A stretch of DNA of 64,000 nucleotides from Candidatus Eremiobacteria bacterium. Its GTDB lineage: Bacteria > Vulcanimicrobiota > Vulcanimicrobiia > Vulcanimicrobiales > Vulcanimicrobiaceae. This document shows, one piece after another, positions 21,301 through 30,212 of the stretch. The position numbers and the translations under genes were made by a program. The notes below the pieces were generated by a model. It was not told the DNA's origin and ran no database searches. It saw only the letters and a list, made by a program, of their open reading frames with translations. The stretch lies in assembly GCA_963758295.1 (NCBI GenBank), contig CAVWUU010000004.1, forward strand, positions 320,001 to 384,000, written 5' to 3'. How positions within the stretch are numbered: the first letter of the stretch is position 1; each line of letters starts with the position of its first letter.

Positions 21301-21851
21301 TCACGCTTCTGATGAACTATAAGGCGAACAAATTCGCGATCACGCCCACGGCAACGTGGAGTTCCGGAGCGCAGTACGGTGCGCCCACCGTGTGGCCGGG
21401 TTACGACCCCACCACGTGTACGGCGCTCTTGCCGGGAGCAACGACGCCGGATCCCGCCACGTGCAGCGGCTCGATTTTCTTGCCGGATCCCTATAACGGC
21501 AACCATTTCGACACCCTCGGTCAATTTAAACAGCCGTGGCATCTTACGGTCGGCGTCGGCCTGTCGTATGAGGTATCGCCGCACATCAAAGCGCGGTTGA
21601 GCTTCGTAAACCTCGTCGACACGTGCGGCCAACGGGGCTATGCGTGGGACAATTCCAACTTCTGCACGTACGGCGGCCTCGCCACCGGCCTTATGGCACC
21701 GGCAGGCAACTTCTGGCCGAATTCCAACGGAACGACCGCACCACCGCAGATGCAATATCCCTACGGGTTCTTTGTCAACAACACGAACACCGGATTCGTC
21801 GGAACCCGACAGCCGGTACAAATCACCGGCAGCCTGCAGATTCAGCTGTAA
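18360..21851 (+). CDS. TonB-dependent receptor with N-terminal carboxypeptidase-regulatory-like domain
   Basis: Signal peptide, TDANGTYRF..PDTY, plug IRGG..YELDGIPVN, barrel strands (FQPRFSFTY). Confidence 0.88.
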   Translation: MQLFRTFAAFLLIAALLRVGALAGTTGNILGRISDSQSGAPLAGVSVTVTSASQSSTTKTDANGTYRFLSLIPDTYVVALSLDGYEPATQAGVSVFADQTQTMNLTMIKALKTIAKVTSRTAGNLVKSGTTSDVYSVNSAMQAAASGLNGAGSLSNAYGAIASVPGVQIDSGEQGWFQMVHIRGGDIDQVGYELDGIPVNRVYDNAPMTMLSSLGQQELQVYTGGTPASADAQGISGYVNQVVKTGTYPGFGTGTLSIGSPTFYHGASVEAGGSTPDRRFSYYVGIGGSNQNYRYIDNSDGSGLPNSFFYPVNLVDPNSFAPGPAGVYVGSEPPGAPLFSSGLLYGIANTRQRDAIMNFHFAIPHKNSGLRDDIQALYVNSEVFNDYFSSQNDVDPVTANYLGQNTYDDSYIYKGPLMQTPVAGDVVPYFYPNSPTHAFGAPLPPALRDSNDNGVAVTKLQYQHSFSNTAFLRVYGYTLYSNWFIQGPNTAAQPYYGAELAEYQIPDHTYGTNISFTDQLTDKHLLTASYGYTGSNLQRYTIGFIRPHYNIASYLGNDGNCYDPASGNQIGCVAQEQSDTGDIQAVLGGTLPTAPAGSPAALHGAQWLTTNNYFYSGSGAAINQVHTRFSGFSLSDQWRPSDALNINLGLRMEDFRYIYGDTGSNDPTRQFWFTKYNEEYCTAGIGTAPTPRVDALGNPTGVGSCPAGTTPLLGSANALANPGAPDYVAARFQPRFSFTYTLNPDTVVRGSAGVYARPPNSSWVQYNVVQQDLPVYLGNHFAAFGFTTPEHSIRPDTSYNYDLSLEKHFKGTDIAFKLTPFYRATRDQLQNFFIDPQGGLESGLNVGNQISQGVEFALTKGDFARNGFAAQLSYTYTHSVIKYQNFPGQTVNVIDQLNNYIQKYNSFTSACAANENTPQCGNGLYATNGAATYSIGGTTYTNPYFNAQAQPLMDRNAFYPTYDVIPGPYAGLNGYAVPHVITLLMNYKANKFAITPTATWSSGAQYGAPTVWPGYDPTTCTALLPGATTPDPATCSGSIFLPDPYNGNHFDTLGQFKQPWHLTVGVGLSYEVSPHIKARLSFVNLVDTCGQRGYAWDNSNFCTYGGLATGLMAPAGNFWPNSNGTTAPPQMQYPYGFFVNNTNTGFVGTRQPVQITGSLQIQL

Positions 21852-21896
21852 CTTCCGGTATGAAAACCAAAATCGGCGCTTTGCCGGGCCCTTCTT

Positions 21897-22781
21897 CTAT
21901 GCCCAGTCTTGCGTCAGATAGAGCCAGAACGCCAGTCCGGCGTAATCGCCGTAGCGATTGAAAGCTCGAACAATCGTCGAATCTTTGGCTTGTTTTTTCT
22001 TCGAAATGCGCAGATATTTTGGCCGCGTCCACGAGTCCAGAATCAAACGGCGGTGACGGCCCAAGAGTTGCATTACGTGCGCCGCGGCGTACGGGCCAAT
22101 GCCGGGCAACTGGAGCAAAGCGTCTTCTACTTCTTCATCGCTCATCCCGAAACGCGGCAGGTAACGCTCCGGATCTAGCTCACCGCGCGCAACCCGCTCG
22201 GCGATTTCGCGCACGTACGGACCTCGGTACCCCATCTTCGCTACGTCTCGGTACCATGCGTCGGGTGTTTTGGCGAGCGTCTGCGGGTCGGGAAACGTTC
22301 CGCCGCCCAGCGCGACCAACGCTTTGGTCATGCGTTCGGTGGCGGACCAGGAACAGTTGGTCGTGCAAATCGTTTTGATGACGTCTTCAAAAACGGTTGG
22401 GCTTGCTAACATTCGGCCTGCACCGGCGGCGGCCCACCCGAGAAGCGGATCCTCTTCTATCATCGCGTAAAACGGCGCAAGGTCGTCTTCGAGGCGAAAA
22501 ATACGCGTCACGGCATTGCGTACGAACTCGCGTTCTCGTGCACTGAGCTTTCCATCAGGCTCGATATGAATCGCGTTGTCGCGCTCGGTCAAGGTAAGGT
22601 TGGCGATACGGCCGCTTATGCGCAGCGCCGTACGATAAGTCTTCCGATCTTCATCGACGCGGGAGGGTGGTAATGCGGCGACACCGTGCGAGATGATTGT
22701 GCGGTAGAAATCAACGGGTTCTCCACCCGCACCGCGTAGCGGAAGTCTTAGATCAAAGGACGTACGAGATGTTGACGGCAA
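21897..22781 (-). CDS. HhH-GPD DNA glycosylase (AlkA/Ogg-like)
   Basis: KTICTTNCSW, MGYRG, LPGIGPYAA, conserved Asp in LILDSW. Confidence 0.85.
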   Translation of the reverse strand: MPSTSRTSFDLRLPLRGAGGEPVDFYRTIISHGVAALPPSRVDEDRKTYRTALRISGRIANLTLTERDNAIHIEPDGKLSAREREFVRNAVTRIFRLEDDLAPFYAMIEEDPLLGWAAAGAGRMLASPTVFEDVIKTICTTNCSWSATERMTKALVALGGGTFPDPQTLAKTPDAWYRDVAKMGYRGPYVREIAERVARGELDPERYLPRFGMSDEEVEDALLQLPGIGPYAAAHVMQLLGRHRRLILDSWTRPKYLRISKKKQAKDSTIVRAFNRYGDYAGLAFWLYLTQDWA

Positions 22782-23211
22782 AGCCGGCAGCTTCCGCGCG
22801 CAACAGCACGCCGTAGACGGCGTCCAGCTCTTCTTCGATGGCCGTAATTTCGTTCGCGCTCACGCGGAAACGCGCGGCGTTCGTCCACAGCAGTCCGCGT
22901 GCGCGCTCGAGCGCGGAACGCAGCCGCTGCGGCGTCGCTTCCAAGACCGGCCAATCGAGATCGCCCTGAGCAGGAACGACACGCCAACCGCGTCCGGAAA
23001 TATGCGGCACTTCTTCGTCCGGATCGAACGCGTGCGGAATTGCCGAGAGCACGTCGAGCGCTTCACGGTCGAGGCCGGATAGCGGCAGCCCAAGCTCCGC
23101 TAGCCGGACGATGTAGCGGAAAAACGACGTATTGCCGACGGTATAGGCACCAGCCGGCGACGCGACGTTAATATGGACCGAATCGATTTCAGGTTGAATG
23201 GGGCTCCCCAA
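22753..23211 (-). CDS. Hypothetical protein
   Basis: 152-aa ORF overlapping the glycosylase start. Confidence 0.6.
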   Translation of the reverse strand: MGSPIQPEIDSVHINVASPAGAYTVGNTSFFRYIVRLAELGLPLSGLDREALDVLSAIPHAFDPDEEVPHISGRGWRVVPAQGDLDWPVLEATPQRLRSALERARGLLWTNAARFRVSANEITAIEEELDAVYGVLLRAEAAGFAVNISYVL

Positions 23212-23282
23212 TTCCGGGCGTGGCTCTGGCGCCGTTCTTCGCTGGAAGAACTTGGCCTCTTGCGGGGCGAAAGCTTGCCGGC

Positions 23283-24530
23283 ATGACAGGTTATGACGCC
23301 TGCGTCCGATGCGGGTTATGCCTGCCCTCGTGCCCGACGTACCTTGAGACTATGACGGAAACATCCGGCCCGCGCGGTCGGATTAGTCTTATCAAAGCGG
23401 TGGACGAAGGGCGCATCGATCTTTTAAGCCCCGGCTTCACCGCGCAAATGTCGCAGTGCTTGGACTGCCGGGCATGCGAAGCGGTCTGCCCGTCCGGCGT
23501 TCCGTACGGCGAATTGCTCGAAGGAGCCCGCGCGGAAATCGAATCCGCGAAAGCACCGCGGCGCACGCCGCTGCAGCGTGCAGCGCGCAACTTGCTGGTC
23601 CGAGGCCTCTTTGGCAATCTGAAGTTGATGGCTATGGCCGCTTCGATGACGCGATTCATGCAACGCACGGGACTCATTCATCTCGCGGCGCTTGCGGGGC
23701 TCGGACGCGCCGCAAAACTAGCGCCGCGGATTGCCGACAGCTACTTCGAACCTTCGAATCAGGAATATCCCGCGCAAGCGGCGGCGGGGACGGCGTTCGT
23801 GCACGCCGGCTGCGTCATGCGCTATGCCTTTCCGAACGTCCATGAAGCCTCGATCCGCATGTTACGCCGCGCGGGGCTTTCAGCCGTCGTCCCGGGCGGA
23901 CAAGGCTGTTGCGGCGCGATTGCCGTTCACGCGGGCGACCCGGATTTTGCACGCGTCCTTGCCAAGAAAAACATTGAAGCCTTCGAGCGCAGCAAGGCCG
24001 ACGTGTATGTCGTCGATGCCGCAGGCTGCGGAGCGGCGCTCAAGGAGTACGGGAGACTTTTTGCCGGCGATCCGGAATGGGAACCCCGCGCCGTGCGTTT
24101 CTCGAGCCGCGTGCGTGACGTGCTCGAAGTGCTCGACGCAATGCCGTTCGACTCGCACATCGGCCGCCTCGACGCCACCGTAACGTATCAAGAACCGTGC
24201 CACTTAGTGCACGCGCAACGCGTAAGTGCGGCACCGCGACGTCTTTTAGCGCAAGTCCCAGGCCTGCGGCTCGTCGAGATGAACGAAAGCGCCGTCTGTT
24301 GCGGCAGCGCCGGAGTCTATAATCTGGCGGAGCCCGAAATGTCACAACGGCTACAGAGACGCAAGGTGGAAAACATAGAAAAAACGGCCGCAACTTTGGT
24401 TGCGACCGCCAATCCGGGCTGCGCCACGCAGGTTGCAGCGGGGTTACGCGAAGCGGGAATCAACGCTCACGTGAAGCACGTCGTCGAGATTCTCGACGAC
24501 GCCTATGGGGCATTTAGAGCGTCGCCGTAA
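23283..24530 (+). CDS. glcF: GlcF-like Fe-S/CCG-domain oxidoreductase subunit
   Basis: Two CxxCxxCxxxCP motifs, two CCG domains, EPCHL, ANPGC. Confidence 0.85.
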   Translation: MTGYDACVRCGLCLPSCPTYLETMTETSGPRGRISLIKAVDEGRIDLLSPGFTAQMSQCLDCRACEAVCPSGVPYGELLEGARAEIESAKAPRRTPLQRAARNLLVRGLFGNLKLMAMAASMTRFMQRTGLIHLAALAGLGRAAKLAPRIADSYFEPSNQEYPAQAAAGTAFVHAGCVMRYAFPNVHEASIRMLRRAGLSAVVPGGQGCCGAIAVHAGDPDFARVLAKKNIEAFERSKADVYVVDAAGCGAALKEYGRLFAGDPEWEPRAVRFSSRVRDVLEVLDAMPFDSHIGRLDATVTYQEPCHLVHAQRVSAAPRRLLAQVPGLRLVEMNESAVCCGSAGVYNLAEPEMSQRLQRRKVENIEKTAATLVATANPGCATQVAAGLREAGINAHVKHVVEILDDAYGAFRASP

Positions 24531-24888
24531 CGCGCGCCTCATCGTTGAGCGCGTCGTCCAGCGTGTGGTAGACGGGAAAAACGCGAATCAAGCCGGTGAT
24601 GTTGAGAAGCCGGTAAATCTGCCCTTCGCCTACGACTAAGCGGACCTTGCCGCCGTTTTCCAGTGCGCGCCGGTGCGCGCCGATTAACGCGCCGAGTCCG
24701 GTGGAATCCAAAAACTCAAGCTTCGTGAGATCCACGATGATCTCATGATTGCCTTCGCTCGCGGCCCCGATGAGCGCCGCGCGTACCGAAGGCGCCGTAG
24801 CGAGATCCAAGCTTCCGCGAAGGCTGTAAATCAGCGCCTCGCCTTGATGCTCGCTCTTGATGTCGATTGTCAATTCATCGTGCGACAT
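24514..24888 (-). CDS. STAS anti-sigma factor antagonist (RsbV/SpoIIAA-like)
   Basis: GSLDLATAP, FLDSTGLGAL with the phosphoacceptor Ser. Confidence 0.95.
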   Translation of the reverse strand: MSHDELTIDIKSEHQGEALIYSLRGSLDLATAPSVRAALIGAASEGNHEIIVDLTKLEFLDSTGLGALIGAHRRALENGGKVRLVVGEGQIYRLLNITGLIRVFPVYHTLDDALNDEARVTATL

Positions 24889-24897
24889 TGGTGCTCC

Positions 24898-25239
24898 TTA
24901 GCCATGATATTCGCGCCAGAACGCGATAAGCCCGGACTCGCGACGGACCAGCGCGCAGCCGGCGCGTTCGTGCCAATCTCCGGTCGAGCCTTTGACGGCG
25001 AATCGATAAGCAACTGCTGCGCGTTCGCCTTCCGCGATGATTTCGTCTACCTCGACGTGCCACGGCGGACCGTCACGAAAGAACCGCTGAAAATGCGCAA
25101 AGATCGCTTCGCGTCCGACTATCGGCTCGCGTCCTGACTCGTGATAGGTTGCATCTGGCGCAAAGAACGCTGACGCGCGATGCGCGTCGTTCGTCTTCCA
25201 CGCCGAAACGAGCTCTTCTATGAGCGCGTTTATAGTCAC
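24898..25239 (-). CDS. SnoaL/NTF2-like protein
   Basis: FAPDATY, GREAI, GLIAFWREY. Confidence 0.85.
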   Translation of the reverse strand: MTINALIEELVSAWKTNDAHRASAFFAPDATYHESGREPIVGREAIFAHFQRFFRDGPPWHVEVDEIIAEGERAAVAYRFAVKGSTGDWHERAGCALVRRESGLIAFWREYHG

Positions 25240-26192
25240 GAATCTACCGCCTGCTCGGACATCTTAAACGTAGAAGCGTCGTCGTCCCAACGCGCTGCCG
25301 AATCGCCTTCGAGATGAACGCCGCCGACCCAGCGGTCTAGCGGGCCGGCCTCGCCGCGATCGGCATCGCCGGCCAGCACGCGACGTCCTAGCGCCGTCGG
25401 CACGAAGGCATCCCCTTCACCTTCAAGAAGGGCCGGTTCGCGCGCTAAATCGTCGAGGATTGCGTAAAACGAACGATCGCCCAGAAACGCCGCTTCTTCT
25501 CGCGCTTGCGAACGGCGGAATAGTTCTTCTTTTCGTGCGGGCGAATGTGCGGCTGAAAGAAGTGCTTGCCGTTCCGAACGCGACAAGCCATCGGACGTCC
25601 ACGGATACTCTTCGCACAGTCGTCGAAGCGCGGGGCGCATGAACGGCAGGCCGCCGGCTTCGCCATCGGTCTCTTCACGCAGCACGCGTGGATCCGCCGA
25701 CGTTACAGCAGCCCAAGCGCGCTGCCCCATCGCAAACATAGCGGGTGACACCGCCCGCCGCTTGGGATGGAGCGCAGCCAACTCTTCGGACGTCATGCTG
25801 CCCAGGTACTCGGCGGACTGCACGATCGAAACCGCACCGGGCTCAAGGTCCATGCCTTCGAGCAACGGCAGCAGTTGCGCGAGGTGCAGTTGATCGTAGA
25901 GATCGTGTTCGAACCACAGCACCACTTCCGCGAATTCGCGCGCGCGGTTGATTAACTCATCGCGATGCTCGAAATCGTGAAGGAGTTTGATAGGGTTTCC
26001 ATAGCCGCGAGATGCGAGATAGGCACCCCGTACACGGCTTAATGCCTGAAGAGAGAGTCCCCCGGGAACGGGGCCCTCGTGCAGCACGTCGCGCCATGCC
26101 AAATGCGTACCGAGAATGCCGGCTTTCTTGAACGTGGAAATTACCGAGTCGCCGTTGGTAACGTGCAACGTCTGCGTGCTTCGACCGCTCAT
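25236..26192 (-). CDS. DUF1835-domain protein
   Basis: LHVTNGDS, WRDVLHEGP, LWFEHDLYDQL, DRWVGGV. Confidence 0.8.
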   Translation of the reverse strand: MSGRSTQTLHVTNGDSVISTFKKAGILGTHLAWRDVLHEGPVPGGLSLQALSRVRGAYLASRGYGNPIKLLHDFEHRDELINRAREFAEVVLWFEHDLYDQLHLAQLLPLLEGMDLEPGAVSIVQSAEYLGSMTSEELAALHPKRRAVSPAMFAMGQRAWAAVTSADPRVLREETDGEAGGLPFMRPALRRLCEEYPWTSDGLSRSERQALLSAAHSPARKEELFRRSQAREEAAFLGDRSFYAILDDLAREPALLEGEGDAFVPTALGRRVLAGDADRGEAGPLDRWVGGVHLEGDSAARWDDDASTFKMSEQAVDS

Positions 26193-26193
26193 G

Positions 26194-28086
26194 CTACGGC
26201 CGTTTGTGCAACCGCAGGGACACGCTTACCTCCGTGCCGCCTTCGTCATAGTTGCACGCGACCCGCAAATCGTCGGCCAGCGCGCTTATCAGAAACAGTC
26301 CGCGGCCGCCCTCACTCAACTGGTCTTCCGGAAGGGCGGCTTTCAATGCGAAGCCCGGCCCGGAATCGCGCATCCGCAACAGCGGACGCGCCAGGCTCCA
26401 GTCGACTTCGACCTGCACCGGCCCGGGCGCATGTTCCACCACATTGGCTACCAATTCGCCCAACACGCACTTCACATCGCACAAATCCGTTTCGGGCATC
26501 GCCTGCGCATCGATAAACGCTAGAACTCGCCGGATCACGCGATATGCCGCATCCGGCTCGCTCGAATCGAATTGCCACGACATGATCGAGCGGCTGGTAC
26601 AATGCGACACCGTTGCGCCCGGGCCGTCGCAGAATGAAAGGACGAGCATCGCCACGTCATCCGTTGCTCGATGCCCATCCAGCGTCCGATCTACGAGTTC
26701 GGCGGCTCGTGAGGCAGTATTTGGCAGCGAAGAAACGTCTATGGCATTCCGGAGCAAGAGGCGTTCGGTTGCAATCACATCACGTGAGAATTCCAACACG
26801 CCGTCGGTGTAAAGCGCGAGCATGCCCACGTCTTCGAGCGCGATCGTCCGCGACGCATACTCTACATCGGCCACTACGCCGAGCGGCAACCCTTCGGAGG
26901 TTTCGACGCTCGCCGAGTTGCCGCGGACGACGATGATGCCCGGATGGCCGGCCGACGCAAATTCAAACGTTCGCCGTTCTAAATCCAAGACGCCGTAAAG
27001 CGCCGTCGCCAACGGTAATTTTCGCCGGCGAATAAACGCGTTACACCGGCGCAATATCGCGCGCGGGTCGCTTTCGTCTTCGGCTGCCGCCGACATATAT
27101 TGCCGGATGCGCGCCATGGCCGCCGACGCGGTGATTCCATGACCTACGACATCGCCGATCGAAACGCCGTAGCGCTGTTCCGAAATTTCGAAACAATCGT
27201 ACCAATCGCCGCCGACGCGCGACTCTTCCGTTGCGGCAACGTAGACGCTGCTGCAGCCGGCGTTCGGGATGGGGACGGTCTGGCGCGGGAGCAACGCTTG
27301 TTGAAACGTATCGATCACGCGGTCTTTGCGTTCCATTGACAGTTTTGCGTCGTGAATGTCGGTAAGCGTCGCGAACCACTGCGCATTGTCGCCGAGCGCG
27401 TCCGCCACGTGGTGCGCGCATAAATGCACCCATCGATAGCTCTCGGAGGGCGCGTGATAAAGCTGATGGACGAAGGAAAGCGCACCGGTCTGCCGCCCGG
27501 AGCGCAATCCGGCGCGAATGAAGGCTCGGTCCTCGGGGCGGAACGCACGTTGCCAGCCCTCGTGCAAGGCTTCCTCGACCGGAATGCCCGTGTACTCGCT
27601 CCATCGTCGATTGAGATATGCCGCGTTCCACTCGTCATCGGCAATCCACACGATCGGATCGATATTGTCGGCAAGCGCGCGAAATTTCACCTCCGACTTG
27701 AGCAACGCGCGTTCGATCTCTTTGAGGTCGTCGACGTCTTGCAACACGCCGAGCCAGTGCGAAATGCGGGCGTCGGGCCCATGAACCGGTTGCGCGCGGC
27801 AGAGAAACCAATGAAACGTCCCATCGGCGAGCCGCAGCCGCACTTCCCGAACGTAGGTCGTGCCGTCCCGAAGGGCGTCAAACCAGGCCTGGGAGGCACC
27901 GGCGCCATCATCCGGATGCAAGGCGTCTTGCCATCCGGAATCGAGCATCGCTTCGTTGGGCACGCCTGTCAGGCGCCGCCAGTGGCCGTTTAGCCAGCGC
28001 ACGCGACCATCAGCCGAGGTCACAAAAAGGACCACGGGGTACGAGTCGGCGTTTTCTGCCCATCTAAGTAGATCGAGCGTCGTCAT
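26194..28086 (-). CDS. PAS-PAS-PP2C (SpoIIE/RsbU) phosphatase fused to an RsbW-like HATPase
   Basis: Two PAS/PAC domains, GGDWYD, GDVVGHG, YTDG, DDVA, ELVANVVEH, DSGPG, GGRGL. Confidence 0.92.
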   Translation of the reverse strand: MTTLDLLRWAENADSYPVVLFVTSADGRVRWLNGHWRRLTGVPNEAMLDSGWQDALHPDDGAGASQAWFDALRDGTTYVREVRLRLADGTFHWFLCRAQPVHGPDARISHWLGVLQDVDDLKEIERALLKSEVKFRALADNIDPIVWIADDEWNAAYLNRRWSEYTGIPVEEALHEGWQRAFRPEDRAFIRAGLRSGRQTGALSFVHQLYHAPSESYRWVHLCAHHVADALGDNAQWFATLTDIHDAKLSMERKDRVIDTFQQALLPRQTVPIPNAGCSSVYVAATEESRVGGDWYDCFEISEQRYGVSIGDVVGHGITASAAMARIRQYMSAAAEDESDPRAILRRCNAFIRRRKLPLATALYGVLDLERRTFEFASAGHPGIIVVRGNSASVETSEGLPLGVVADVEYASRTIALEDVGMLALYTDGVLEFSRDVIATERLLLRNAIDVSSLPNTASRAAELVDRTLDGHRATDDVAMLVLSFCDGPGATVSHCTSRSIMSWQFDSSEPDAAYRVIRRVLAFIDAQAMPETDLCDVKCVLGELVANVVEHAPGPVQVEVDWSLARPLLRMRDSGPGFALKAALPEDQLSEGGRGLFLISALADDLRVACNYDEGGTEVSVSLRLHKRP

Positions 28087-28102
28087 CGTACTTTCCGGCG
28101 GT

Positions 28103-28128
28103 ATACCCCAAGCAGGCATCCCCTAACC
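28103..28128 (-). promoter_or_regulatory. Putative SigB/SigF-type promoter GGTTAG-N14-GGGTAT
   Basis: Close to the SigB consensus GTTTAA-N12-14-GGGWAW; 16 nt upstream of ATG 28086. Confidence 0.5.
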
Positions 28129-28150
28129 ACTTTCAAACGTCCGGGGTGAT

Positions 28151-28906
28151 ATGAGCGTAGGACAGCCCAGGCCCCTGGGGGGCAAGCGTGACACCGAGGA
28201 TAGCCGGGACCATCGATACGACGCGTCGGGCAAAACGTCGTCGCTGCCCGCGAGCGTCGATCTCCGCAAGTATTGCGGGCCGGTTTACGATCAATTACAC
28301 GTGCAGAGCTGTAGCGCCAATGCCCTTTCATCGTTGCTCACGTTCATGGCGAAACTCGAAGAGCGCCCAATCGAATTGCCGTCGCGACTCTTCGTTTACT
28401 ACAACGAGCGTAAAGCTGACGGAACGTTGCCGAAAGATTGCGGTTCGTCCATTCGCACGGCATTGAAGATCGCTACGAAGACGGGCGTGTGCGCCGAGAC
28501 GCTGTGGCCGTATACAGTCGAAAACGTCGAGCTTGAACCGCCGGCGCCGTGCTACGAAAACGCATCAACGCACGCCATCGGCTACTATCGCATCGAACAG
28601 AACGTCGATCATTTGCGAGCGTGCCTGGCTGAAGGTTTCGCGTTCGTTTTCGGCATGCAGATCTATCAAGAATCGTTTACCGCCGCGGAAAAGACGGGAG
28701 CGTTGCCGTTACCGGAAAAGACCGACACGCTTCTCGGCGGTCATGCCGTAATGGCCGTTGGCTACGACGATGCCGCTCAAACGCTGTTAATTCAGAACTC
28801 GCTTGGCACAACGTTTGGAAAAGACGGTTTCTTCACGATGCCGTACGCCTTTGCAACGAACGCCGACATGGCATACGATTTCTGGACGATTCGCTCGGTA
28901 AGCTAA
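28151..28906 (+). CDS. Papain-like C1 cysteine peptidase
   Basis: VDLR, DQ..SCSANA (Cys), SRLFVYYNER, GGHAV (His), QNS (Asn). Confidence 0.9.
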   Translation: MSVGQPRPLGGKRDTEDSRDHRYDASGKTSSLPASVDLRKYCGPVYDQLHVQSCSANALSSLLTFMAKLEERPIELPSRLFVYYNERKADGTLPKDCGSSIRTALKIATKTGVCAETLWPYTVENVELEPPAPCYENASTHAIGYYRIEQNVDHLRACLAEGFAFVFGMQIYQESFTAAEKTGALPLPEKTDTLLGGHAVMAVGYDDAAQTLLIQNSLGTTFGKDGFFTMPYAFATNADMAYDFWTIRSVS

Positions 28907-28925
28907 GCGAATCCAGATCTGCGCG

Positions 28926-29108
28926 CTATGCGGCGCAGGCCATCGACTTACCGTCGCTTTCGCGCAGCGGAAGAACGCCGGCGAGACGCCCGTATAGCGA
29001 TACGGTTTCGCGGCGGTGCCCGGTCAAACGCTCTACTTCACGAAGGCTGTATCCCTCTTCCAGCAACGCGAGGATGCGGCGTTGCTGCTCTACCGTCAGC
29101 GTGTTCAT
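28926..29108 (-). CDS. Small stand-alone HTH protein resembling a transposase N-terminus
   Basis: [26 protein letters not shown] helix-turn-helix. Confidence 0.6.
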   Translation of the reverse strand: MNTLTVEQQRRILALLEEGYSLREVERLTGHRRETVSLYGRLAGVLPLRESDGKSMACAA

Positions 29109-29210
29109 ACACGGTACTCGGATGTCCGTTGCGCTTCACCCTGCCTTGAACTGGCCGCTTTTGCCGGGAATCTGGTTCTAAAGCCGGTTCGCGCGTGTTA
29201 TAAGCGGCAT

Positions 29211-29816
29211 ATGGGCCACTTAGTTCCAACGGTTGTCGAGAACACGTCGCGCGGCGAGCGCGCCTACGACATCTATTCGCGTCTGCTCAAAGACCGCATC
29301 GTCTTCGTCGGCGGCGCAATCGACGATACTCTTGCCAACCTCGTGATGGCGCAGATGCTGTTCCTCGAAAAAGAGGATCCCGATCGCGACATCGATCTGT
29401 ACATTAACAGCCCTGGCGGCAGCGTAACGGCCGGCTTAGCGATTTACGACACGATGCAGTTCATCAAACCGCAAATCGCGACAATCTGCGCCGGCTTTGC
29501 CGCTTCCGCAGCGTCGCTCTTATTGGTGGGCGGCGCAAAAGGCAAACGGATGGCGCTGCCTTTTAGTAAAGTTTTGATTCACCAGCCGTGGGTCGGCCAG
29601 TTGGGCGGACAAGCTACCGACATCGAAATTCATGCACGCGACTTGATTGCGACGCGGAAGACTCTTGCCGGAATTTACGCGGAGCGAACGGGTCATGACG
29701 AACAAAAGATTCTGCGGGATCTCGAGCGTGACTACCACATGAGCGCCCAGGAAGCGCTCGATTACGGGCTCATTGACGAAGTGCTGCAGACCAACGGACG
29801 GGTTTCTGCGTCGTAA
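29211..29816 (+). CDS. clpP: ATP-dependent Clp protease proteolytic subunit
   Basis: [25 protein letters not shown], Ser in FAASAA, IHQP, ATD. Confidence 0.96.
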   Translation: MGHLVPTVVENTSRGERAYDIYSRLLKDRIVFVGGAIDDTLANLVMAQMLFLEKEDPDRDIDLYINSPGGSVTAGLAIYDTMQFIKPQIATICAGFAASAASLLLVGGAKGKRMALPFSKVLIHQPWVGQLGGQATDIEIHARDLIATRKTLAGIYAERTGHDEQKILRDLERDYHMSAQEALDYGLIDEVLQTNGRVSAS

Positions 29817-30136
29817 CCACGGCGCACGTGGAACGTTGCGTCGCTCTCCAGATTCGCATGCACCTCGATGCGTTGAGATGCGGCGCGCGGGACGGCCACG
29901 GTAACGTATCCCGGGAATACCGCCAAGAACAAGAACGATCCGTCCTTGCGCGTTCGCGTTCGCTGATTCGGTTCGCGATTCGAATAGAGGTGCACCGCCA
30001 AATTACAGACGGGACGTTTCGTGCCTTCAAAATACACGCGTCCGAACACGGATCCCGTGCTTTCGTCGCCATTTGCCATCGTGACGGTAGCGGATAAGAT
30101 GGCCGCCAAGGCCGCTGCCGTTCGCAGTGCGTCCAT
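29762..30136 (-). CDS. Secreted protein with carboxypeptidase-regulatory-like domain
   Basis: Signal peptide, [19 protein letters not shown]; overlaps the clpP 3' end. Confidence 0.6.
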   Translation of the reverse strand: MDALRTAAALAAILSATVTMANGDESTGSVFGRVYFEGTKRPVCNLAVHLYSNREPNQRTRTRKDGSFLFLAVFPGYVTVAVPRAASQRIEVHANLESDATFHVRRGYDAETRPLVCSTSSMSP

Positions 30137-30212
30137 GGCTTATACATACGCGTTTTCGAACGAATCGGGCAAGCAAGAGGGCGATGTGCGAACCGGCCCA
30201 TAACGCTGATTT

